From assembly GCA_002269645.1 (NCBI GenBank), contig NIVC01000414.1, forward strand, positions 372,001-436,000: 64,000 nucleotides of DNA. Direction: 5' to 3'. Below are positions 51,906 to 62,271 of this stretch, one piece after another. The notes beneath the pieces were generated by a model. The model saw only the letters and a list, made by a program, of their open reading frames with translations. It had not been told where the DNA came from and made no database searches. This stretch comes from Macrostomum lignano. Its lineage: Eukaryota. The translations under genes were made by a program, and so were the position numbers. How positions within the stretch are numbered: position 1 is the stretch's first letter; the number at the start of each line of letters is the position of its first letter.

Positions 51906-52699
51906 AGCTATAGGGTCCTCGGTGAGGGGCAGAGGCTATTGCTCAGCCTGGCACGCTGGGTTGAAGGTCAGCGTAAACCCGCTGTCCCATAAGACACTTT
52001 AGCAGATTTTGAGCCACAAGTTGAGTTGGCAAAGTAAAGATACTTAAGCAGCTCTGAATTAAACATGTAATCCATTGACAATAAGGACAATATAAGCTGT
52101 AGTTGAATTTTCAAAGAATCGAGAATTTTCGTACGCATTTTACATACAAGGTCGCCACATTATAGAGGCTCCGATGCTTGGGGTATTAAGGGCATCGTGA
52201 AAGGGCACGCTGTGTCCCGCTCTACCTTGTTTTGTGTCCGGTTCCATTATGAAATTTTGAAATTTGTGATTTGAAATTTATATATTGGTTCTTAGAAACT
52301 GGATTTCACCTGGCTTGCTTCCAGTCAAGGTGGTTCCAGGTGTGAAATTAGGGCTTGTTGGAGACGAGTAAGTGTCATTTTGAGTAGGAAAATGCGCATG
52401 AACTTTTATAGGCGCGCTGTCGTTTTTTACATAAATTTTATTCACTGACTCGGTGCAATTAACGGTAGATAGAGAGATTAAGGGTACGTGCCGCTCCGGC
52501 CACGCAAGGGGGGTCACAGGGCACTGAATTGACAACCGGCTCCAAGCCTGTGGGCTCTTCGTCAGAACACAAATGCATATGAGGTGCAATTGAACTAGAA
52601 AACCTCATGATAAAGAATTATTGAAATAACAACTAACCCAATGCCATGAGTAATCGTCAATGCGTCATTCTGCGGCTTGTCATTGCCGCTGTTGCATTT

Positions 52700-53760
52700 G
52701 CCTTGCTCGCTAATTGGCTCATCAAAAACCCTGGCCTGCGGCAGTGAGCTTGTCCAGCAGCTGGTCAGCGGATAGATGCGGTCAGATGGAGAGCGGCGCT
52801 GACCCCAAAGTTGCGATTGCTGAATCCAGCGGACACGCCAGTGCCCTCCGCCCATCAGGTGCCACCGCCAGTCCTTGCGTTGGAACTGAAGTGGCGCAGC
52901 AGAACTAAGTCGCTGACTTGGAGCTCGAACGCATGCGGCTGCTGCTCCAACTGCCGCACATTATAAGGCTGCCGCATGCTGCTCGTCAGCGATGACATCA
53001 GCAGGTCCAGCCGACTGCGCAGTCTGCAGCCGGTGAGCAGCTGAATGGAAAGCCTCACCAGTGATCGATTGCGGTGTGTTTCAGTAGGACATCAGCACTC
53101 GCTGCAGTGCTGCCGTTGAGTGCACGCTCTTGAAGAGATGTCGATTGTTGCTGGGTGGAACGGGGTGGGAAAATTGCCGTTGCATTTTTGCTGAACTGCG
53201 CGGAGATAGACTAGGAAGACTGCGACAAAGTCGATGGTGACCGCAGACGTTTTGCTGTGCACTTGCTGCACCTCCGGCCACTCGCTGAAGGCTTCCACGA
53301 TGACCAGGTACGTGCGACTGTCAGGGGGATGCATGGCGAAGTCCAGGTGCAGCCTCGTCGAGGGTTCAGCAGGAAACGGCCACGGTTGCTTCGGCACTTT
53401 GTAAGGTGGGTCTGATTCAGCGTGCATGTCCGGCACGACTTGACTGTCGTTGCGAGCTGCTCGTCAAGGCCGCCGGGCTGGGCCAGCGCGCCTGGTGCAG
53501 CTCCTTCAGCACGCCTTGTCGCAGAACCGCGGGCGCCCCATGGCCCGCAGCCCTGCTCGAACGCCCAGCTGGTCCTGCCGCCTCGCGAAGTCGATCAGGT
53601 CAGCGCCAACCATTGGCGCTCCGGTCCGCAGACAGCAAAGCACCTTGGTCGAGAAGGGCGCCGAGCGAGGTCTTACACGTGTCCGACCTGGCCGATATTG
53701 CGGACCCGGTCTCCAGCACCAGCATCCAGCAGCAGGGCGTTGACGGACGGTTTCTGTTCA
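52700..53760 (-). mobile_element. Degenerate Ty3/Gypsy integrase fragment
   Basis: VLKELH...VKSCRTC zinc-binding remnant, PWPFPAEPSTRLHLDFA, LVIVEAFSEWPEV, LLTGCRLRSRLDLL. Confidence 0.8.
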
Positions 53761-54917
53761 AACTGACTCGGCAGTCGTGTGCTCCGGAATTGCCTTGTCT
53801 TTGCCGAGGAGCCCTACAATCGTCCTTGCGGCCTTGAATGAGCTGGTACAGGCCTCCTCGCTGCGTTTTGATTGTCAAGAAGGAGTCCACAGCTTTTCTC
53901 TGGCTCGCCTTCAGTCCTGTAGTTCTAGGAAGTCCCTCCATTTAGCTTTTTCACAAAACTTAAATTCACGTAAAATTTACCTGGCGTTCTCGAACAGCTA
54001 AAACGGAAACTACAAGCACCGCTGACAACGGAAAGAATCCCACGATGCTGGGGTGGATGCGGGGATGCTGTAGCTCGCTGCTGCACAATAGCAAGAGGGT
54101 AAGAGAACTACGCAATAGCAATTACTTGAGTGAAAAACATTGAACGCCTGCATGCCAGTTCCATGTGAACACGGCTAGATCAGACCCGGCCGTCGTGCGG
54201 CATTCGACAGCTCCACCAGTGTCGCAGCAGTACCGCTGTCGCAGATCTTGGGCGCTGATGTCAGCAGTTTTCGTGGGAGCCTGACGCTCTTAGTGCAAGC
54301 CAACTTCAGCAGGCTGGACTTTTCCTATTCTCACTTGTGCATACCATTAGGCGTGGCAGCACAATGAACTTCCGTTCTCCTGCTGAACTGGTCGTGTTGT
54401 CCTGGTCTGATCTGCTGATCTGCCTTAGACAGAGGCTAGCGACAGCAACGCTGGAGCCTACTTCATAACTTTGGTCCCCTCGCTCCAGGCTCACATTGAG
54501 TCCTCTCGTTGCCGTCCAGCCTCGGCAAAGTAAAACGGCCAGGTGACACGGCCAGGTGACCTTGCCAAAATCCCATTCCAAATCCTATGAGCATTTTCCT
54601 ATGGCTCATAGCTTATGCATGCAAGCTCAAATACCTTAGCTCATAATTAGATTACCAGATTTTCATTACAGAAACTGAAAAGTTACAGAACTAAAGTTAA
54701 CGGCAATTAAGTAGCTAAGGTTACAATTACAATTTTTAAGGTAGTTACAATTTTTTATTTAAACTAATGAATGAAACTAACAGAAAATGGCTTACAATCA
54801 GTATACAATACAAGCTTAGCAAGTGAAAGCAGTCTAGGCATTAGCAGAAAAGTTTGCTAAGACTGAAACGGCTGCTCGATCTGAATGAAGGCGAGCCATC
54901 AACCAGCTCAGCTTCTG

Positions 54918-55937
54918 TCATTTCCTTGCACTAAAAAACGAGCTGAAGAATCCAGGCTGCAGCTTCCTGCCCGTCAGGAACTCGTGCTCCAGCAGCTCAT
55001 GCGCGGATCTTCTCCTCCTGCGGTCCTTGGCGGTGCAGCGGCTGTAAAAATCCCTCAGCTCTGCGGACCGGCCGTCCGGCAGGGCGGGGACGCCCTTCCT
55101 GTCGATCAGCTGGGCCATTTCTAACAGGCTTTTGGCGTTCGCGAACGGCCTCACGCCGGACGCCATCTGAAAGACCGAGCAGCCGAACGCCCAGATGTCC
55201 GACTCTCTGCTGTACTGCAAGCTGTCTGACTCTCCCGCTCCGAGCAGCTCCGGCGCCATGAAGTTCAGAGTGCCTTTGGGTGACGGAGTGGAGGCTGAGA
55301 TGTGGCTGACTGACTGCTCCAGCTTGATTGACAGGCCGAAGTCGATCAGCTTGATTTGCGTGTTGTCAGCACAAACAATTATGTTCGAGCAGTTGATGTC
55401 TCTGTGGATAACGAGCGGCTGCCGGCTGTGCAGGTAGAGCAGCGCGCGGCAGATCTGCGAGCGGTCGGTCAGTGAGCAGTCATCATTCATGGGAACATGG
55501 AACAGGAGCATCAAGGATGCACAATGCTCACCTGCTCGCTGAAGTCTCGAATCTTTGGCTCGTCCAGCGGCTTGTTGTCGATAAACCTCTCCAAGCTTCG
55601 GCCGTCCAGCAGCTCCATGAACACAACGACTGCGGCGGGCTCCGGCTGAGCGATGTGCAAGAACCTGACGATGTTGGGATGCCGCAGTCGGCACAGGTTT
55701 CTCTCGCTCTCGACAGCTCTGTGAATCTCTGTGCTCACAGAGGTTTGGTCATCACCGAGCTGCACAGGCAGTCTGAGAGTCTTGGCAGCGCACGTGACGC
55801 CCGTGTCAGTTCGAACTTCGTGGACCTCGCCGAAGCCTCCGCGGCGGATGAGGCGAAGGGCATCCCAGCGCTCCAGGAACGGGGGACCTTCGGGTCTGAG
55901 GGGATGCGGATTCAGGCAATGAGGGATAATTTGCATG
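54918..55937 (-). CDS. MEKK/STE11-like protein kinase domain, two exons with a 77-bp intron at 55455-55531
   Basis: GGFGEV, AAK, E..L.RLRHPNIVRF, FMEL, HRDINCSN, KLIDFG, GTLNFMAPE, SDIWAFGC, LLEHEFL. The intron has CAG|GTGAGC and CGCAG|ATC. Confidence 0.93.
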
Positions 55938-58900
55938 CTGTAGCTGTGTGTGCTGTAGTTGTAGCTGCTGTAGCTGTGTGTGCTGTAGCTGTGTGCTGTA
56001 GCTGTGTGTGCTGTAGCTGTGTGCTGTAGCTGTGTGCTGTAGCTGTGTGCTGTAGCTGTGTGCTGTAGCTGTGTGCTGTAGCTGTGTGCTGTAGCTGTAT
56101 GCTGTAGCTGTCTGCTGTAGTCTTTTTAACAGTACAGTAATTATTTTGTGTGCTGAAGGAACTCACGGCAGTGCCAGAGGCTCGTAGAAGTAAATCTTGC
56201 CGTCGTACCTAAATAGGCAGAGCGGAGTCTGAGGTCAGAGGGAATTCAGTTGAGAGCCACGTAGAATACAAAAAGCTTCAAAAAAATTACCCAAATTTAC
56301 TCAAACAAGTGTATTGTCTCACAGCTCGCATTAAAATTCAACTGGCAATCTGCAGTCAAACTGCACTGCAAACTCCCTCAATGCAGCTCAGTCAGTGTCT
56401 GCTGCCCATTTAAACTACAAAAATGTAAAAATGCCCACTCAGAGCAACTGCAGTCAGCTGCTCAATATTCAATCATAAATTACAGCATAATGTTTATCAA
56501 TGATAAATCAAAGTCAGAGAGACATTCCCAGTCGCCATGGAAACTCACCCACGCAGCAGCTCAGCCAGTTCGCTCTTTCCTTTCTGTGTGGCCAAATCCA
56601 GCGCAGTCCTGCCGTCTCTGTCCTTCAGGCTCCAATCCGCCCCTGAGTCCAGCAGAACCCGGCCGACTGCGGCGGCGGCGGAGGGGCGCGCACAGATGGC
56701 TGCCGACATGAGAAGCGTGAATTCCCACATACTAGTGGCATTGGCGGAGGCTCCGGCAGACAGCAGAGCGGAGGCTGCGGCAGAATTGCCAGCCCTGGCT
56801 GCCCGGAGCAGGATACTGTCAGCATCTACATCCGCACAGGTGGGGTCACCCAACTGCACCAGCTGCTCCCACAGAGCTTCATCACCGCACGAGCTGTTCT
56901 CAGCAGCCCACATCAACGCGGTGCAACCATCATTGTCAGGCAGGTCGCAGCTGTCGCGGGTCGCCGCTCGCCGCAGCCCCGCCAAGTCGCCCGCTTTGGC
57001 CAGCCGCTGCAGTTCCAGTCGTTCCGCCTCCTCCTGCAAAGGCGAGCGGGAAATTTGAGCACAGCTGCTCAGCTGCAGCCGCATCGGCACCGCAGATGCC
57101 GCTCACCTGGGCTGTCAGGCCGGAGATCTCGCCATCTGCATCCACAACCAGCCGCATCTCCCTGCAACAGGAAAAATGAGCTGCGAATTTGACATTTTCA
57201 AAAATCCGACATCTTCGACTGCTAAAACTAAATTCCTAGTTCTACGATAAAGTTTGCATGACAAATTTAGTGAACAGAAATTTCCCAATTATCTGAGCTG
57301 CTCGCAGCTGGAGTTTCCAAGAGGACTGCAGCAGCTCTGCAACAATCAGCATCGGCGAGAGCGCATCCGACTTCTCACACGCAGCTCATTTTCCATTTCT
57401 GCAGCATGAGTTTCCTTCCATCTCATAATGTCTCACAAAGCACTCACGCACAGCCTCCCAGTTCTCCATCAGCAGCTCAACCCACACACTCTCACTGCAC
57501 ACAGAGGCCCTACAGCTTCCATTCTCGACTGAGATCAACCGGCACCCCATTGGCTGGGAGGCAGCCAGCCAATCACAGCTCTCGCCCATCAAACAGTCAG
57601 ACAGAGACAAGCTCAGCTGACTGGCTCTGATTGGCTGGCCTGAGACTGCAGCTCTGGCCACCACAGCCGAATGTTGCAAAACTTGATGGACACAGCAGCG
57701 AACTGCTCACTCACCGCTCGATGTAGCTGGCCAGCTCTGAGTGGCCGCTGAGCCTCGCCAGGTCCGACGCCGTCCGACCCTCGAGATCTTTCTTTTTGAG
57801 CAGCCGCGACCTCTTCGAGTTTCCGTGCTGTCTGCACTCATTGAACATTGCTTGCCTGAGCAGGTGCAGCAGGTGCTTGGCGCATTTCCAGCTTCCAGTC
57901 CGCGCCGCCTCCATCAGCGGAGTGGCGCCGTTGTCGTTCCGCAGCCACTTCGCATCGAACGACAGCAGCGCCAGCAGCCGCAGGTGGTCCCGCCGGGCTG
58001 CCAGGTGCGCAGCCGTGTCGCCGTTCGCGTCAGCCGCCTTGGGGTTCGCGCCCAGCTCAAATAAGTACAAGATGCACTTTTCAGACTTGACGGGAGTCTC
58101 AGGAGCGTCGGCCGCCAGCATGAGGACGGTTCGACGAGCTGCATCAGCGCTGGTGACCAGCTGGCGCGTTGCCAGCCGTTGCACCTTGCCGAAGTCACCT
58201 CGGATGACGTCGTGGACGAGAGTCTGGAGACTAACCGATTCGTTTAGAAAGTAGCTGTAGCTGTGTGTGCTGTAGCTGTGTGCTGTAGCTGTGTGCTGTA
58301 GCTGTGTGCTGTAGCTGTGTGTCCTGTAGCTGTGTGCTGTAGCTGTGTGTCCTGTAGCTGTGTGTGCTGTAGCTGTGTGTTGTAGCTGTGTATGCTGTAG
58401 CTGTGTATGCTGTAGCTGTGTGCTGTAGCTGTGTGCTGTAGCTGTGTGTGCTGTAGCTGTGTGTGCTGTAGCTGTGTGTGCTGTAGCTGTGTGCTGTAGC
58501 TGTGTGTGCTGTAGCTGTGTGCTGTAGCTGTGTGCTGTAGCTGTGTGTGCTGCAGCTGTGTGTGCTGTAGCTGTGTGCTTTAGCTGTGTGCTGTAGCTGT
58601 GTGTGCTGTAGCTGTGTGCTGTAGCTGTGTGCTGTAGCTGTGTGTGCTGTAGCTGTGTGCTGTAGCTGTGTGCTGTAGCTGTGTGCTGTAGCTGTGTGTG
58701 CTGTAGCTGTGTGTGCTGTAGCCGTGTGCTGTAGCTGTGTGTCCTGTAGCTGTGTGCTGTAGCTGTGTGTCCTGTAGCTGTGTGTTGTAGCTGTGTATGC
58801 TGTAGCTGTGTATGCTGTAGCTGTGTGCTGTAGCTGTGTGCTGTAGCTGTGTGTGCTGTAGCTGTGTGTGCTGTAGCTGTGTGCTGTAGCTGTGTGTGCT

Positions 58901-61900
58901 GTAGCTGTGTGCTGTAGCTGTGTGCTGTAGCTGTGTGTGCTGCAGCTGTGTGTGCTGTAGCTGTGTGCTGTAGCTGTGTGCTGTAGCTGTGTGTGCTGTA
59001 GCTGTGTGCTGTAGCTGTGTGCTGTAGCTGTGTGCTGTAGCTGTGTGTGCTGTAGCTGTGTGTGCTGTAGCCGTGTGCTGTAGCTGTGTGTGCTGTAGCT
59101 GTGTGTGCTGTAGCTGTGTGCTGTAGCTGTGTGTGCTGTAGCTGTGTGTGCTGTAGCTGTGTGTGCTGTAGCTGTGTGCTGTAGCTGTGTGTGCTGTAGC
59201 TGTGTGCTGTAGCTGTGTGCTGTAGCTGTGTGTGCTGCAGCTGTGTGTGCTGTAGCTGTGTGCTGTAGCTGTGTGCTGTAGCTGTGTGTGCTGTAGCTGT
59301 GTGCTGTAGCTGTGTGCTGTAGCTGTGTGTGCTGTAGCTGTGTGCTGTAGCTGTGTGCTGTAGCTGTGTGTGCTGTAGCTGTGTGTGCTGTAGCCGTGTG
59401 CTGTAGCTGTGTGTGCTGTAGCTGTGTGTGCTGTAGCTGTGTGCTGTAGCTGTGTGTGCTGTAGCTGTGTGCTGTAGCTGTGTGCTGTAGCTGTGTGTGC
59501 TGTAGCTGTGTGTGCTGTAGCTGTGTGTGCTGTAGCTGTGTGTGCTGTAGCAAACTCACAGAGGATCCTGGAAGTAGCTGTCTCCTTCAAATCTGAAACA
59601 TGTAAACTGTATTATTTTAGAACTTTGGTCTTCTATAAAAAACAGTTTACTATTAAAAGTTAACGTAATCCTTACTTGAACAATTAATTATAAAATTTTT
59701 GTCGCTCGTAATATGTATTTTAATTAGTTGCTCTAATTAATCTTAAATAAACTGACATTCTCAGTCGCCATGGAAACTCACCCACGCAGCAGCTCAGCCA
59801 GTTCGCTCCTCTTCTCTGTGGCCAAACGCAGCGCAGTCTTGCTGAATTTGTCCTCCAGGCTCCAATCCGCCCCTGAGTCCAGCAGAACCCGACCGACTGC
59901 GGCGGCGGTGGCGGGGGGCGCAAAGGCTGCATGCATGAGGGGCGTGAATTCACACAGACCCCTGGCATTGGCGGAGGCTCCGGCAGACAGCAGAGCGGAG
60001 GCTGCGGCAGAATTGCCAGCCCTGGCTGCCCACTGCAGGTAACTGATACCCCATATATTCGCACAGGTGGGGTCACCCAGCTGCACCAGCTGCTCCCAAA
60101 GAGCCTCATCACCGCACGATCTGTTTCCAGCTGCCAACATCAACGCGGTGACACCCAAACTGTAAGGCAGGTCGCAGTTGCCGCGGGTCGCCGCTCGCCG
60201 CAGCCCTGCCGAGTCGTTCGCTTTGGCCAGCCGCTGCAGTTCCAGTCGTTCCGCCTCCTCCTGCAAAGGCAAGCGGGAAATTTGAGCACAGCTGCTCAGC
60301 TGCAGCCGCATCGGCACCGCAGATGCCGCTCACCTGGGCTGTCAGGCCGGAGATCTCGCCATCTGCATCCACAACCAGCCGCATCTCCCTGCAACAGGAA
60401 AAATGAGCTGCGAATTTGACATTTTCTCAAATTCTACAACCTCAATCGCTAAATCATAATCTTAAGTTGTAGGATTTAATTTTCATGAAAAATTTAGTGA
60501 ACAGAAATTCCTAATTATCTGAGCTGCTGGCAGATGGAGTTTCCAAGAGGACTGCAGCAGCTCTGCAACAATCAGCATCGGCGAGAGCGCATCCGACTTC
60601 TCACACGCAGCTCATTTTTCATTTCTGTAACATGAGTTTCCTTCCATCTCACAATGTCACACAAAGCACTCACGCACAGCCTCCCAGTTCTCCATCTGCA
60701 GCTCAACCCACACACTCTCACTGCACACCGAGGCCCTACAGCTTCCATTCTCGACTGAGATCAACCGGCACCCCATTGGCTGGAAGGCAGCCAGCCAATC
60801 ACGGCTCTCGCCCATCAAACAGTCAGACAGAGACAAGCTCAGCTGACTGGCTCTGATTGGCTGGCCTGAGACTGCACCTCGAGCTCGAGGACACCGTCAA
60901 AAATTCTGATTCGCTCTCGCTTTCGGTCGACCCACAGATAAAGTCAAGGACTCGCGGAAGTAGCGATTCACCGAAGCCAAACCTCGAAGCCTACGAGGAG
61001 CCGCTACCGTCAGAGATATTTGACCCGAGGATATACTTGGTCCCCAGTGTCTAGAAGTGAGAGTTTTTGAGTGACTAATCACCACTCTTAAATTTTTCAC
61101 ATTCACTCAGCCAGAGACAAGCTCAGCTGACTGGCTCTGATTGGCTGGCCTGAGAGTGCAGCTCTGGCCACCCCAGCCGAATGCTGCAAAACTTGATGGA
61201 CACAGCAGCGAACTGCTCACTCACCGCTCGATGTAGCTGGCCAGCTCTGAGTGGCCGCTGAGCCTCGCCAGGTCCGACGCCATCCGACCCTCGCGATCCT
61301 CCAGTCCGAGCAGCCGCGACCTCTTCGAGTTTCCGTGCTGTCTGCACTCATTGAACATTGCTTGCCTGAGCAGGTGCAGCAGGTGCTTGGCGCATTTCCA
61401 GCTTCCAGTCCGCGCCGCCTCCATCAGCGGAGTGGCGCCGTTGTCGTTCCGCAGCCACTTCGCATCGAACGACAGCAGCGTCAGCAGCCGCAGGTGGTCC
61501 CGCCGGGCTGCCAGGTGCGCAGCCGTGTCGCCGTTCGCGTCAGCCGCCTTGGGGTTCGCGCCCACCTCAAATAAGTACAAGATGCACTTTTCAGACTTGA
61601 CGGGAGTCTCAGGAGCGTCGGCCACCAGCATGAGGACGGTCCGACGAGCTGCATCAGCGCTGGAGACCAGCTGGCGCGTTGCCAGCCGCCGAACCTGGCT
61701 GAAGTCACCTCGGATGACGTCGTGGGCGAGAGTCTGGAGATCGGCTGGTGAGTCTCCGACGCTTGCTCGGTTGGTGGGGTCCGGCTGAGTGAGTTCCTGC
61801 AACTGCAATTGAGGCACCCAAGCTGCACATTCAAACATGTGAGTGAGTTCCTGCAACTGCAATTGAGGCACCCAAGCTGCTCATTCAAACACGTGAGTGA

Positions 61901-62271
61901 GTTCCTGCAACTGCAATTGAGGCACCCAAGCTGCACATTCAAACATGTGAGTTCCTGCCACTGCAATTGAGGCACCCAAGCTGCACATTCAAACATGTGA
62001 GTGAGTTCCTGCCACTGCAATTGAGGCACCCAAGCTGCACATTCAAACATATGAGAGAGTTCCTGCCACTGCAATTGAGGCACCCAAGCTGCACATTCAA
62101 ACATGTGAGTGAGTTCCTGCAACTGCAATTGAGGCACCCAAGCTGCACATTCAAACATGTGAGTTCCTGCAGCTGCAATTGAGCCTATAGATTTTAATAT
62201 GGTTTCGGTTTTCTCACTTGAACTTTACTTACTCTTTCGTCAGGAAATGGTGATTTCCCTCGCTGTGCCAT
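54918..62271 (-). CDS. Ankyrin-repeat / Ser-Thr kinase gene with doubled ANK module (about 1080 aa). Exons: 62233-62271, 61225-61796, 60334-60388, 59782-60260, 59560-59592, 57715-58254, 57107-57161, 56549-57033, 56167-56208, 55532-55937, 54918-55454
   Basis: Every junction is GT..AG and phase-compatible. Exon lengths sum to 3243 nt (1081 codons including the stop) with no internal stop. About 16 ANK repeats followed by a kinase domain. Confidence 0.78.
55938..56115. repeat. (TGTGCTGTAGC)n repeat in the linker-to-kinase intron
   Basis: Same unit as 5100-5286; its last CAG serves as the kinase exon acceptor. Confidence 0.92.
58255..59550. repeat. 1.3-kb (TGTGCTGTAGC)n repeat in the linker-to-second-ANK-A intron
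   Basis: Same unit, much expanded. Confidence 0.95.
60877..61111. other. 235-bp insertion flanked by 49-bp direct repeats (60828-60876 and 61112-61160)
   Basis: Absent from the three paralogous introns; begins with the perfect palindrome CCTCGAGCTCGAGG. Confidence 0.8.
61787..62180. repeat. 54/50-bp tandem repeat containing the exon A splice acceptor, about 7 copies
   Basis: Same unit as 37930-38215. Confidence 0.9.
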
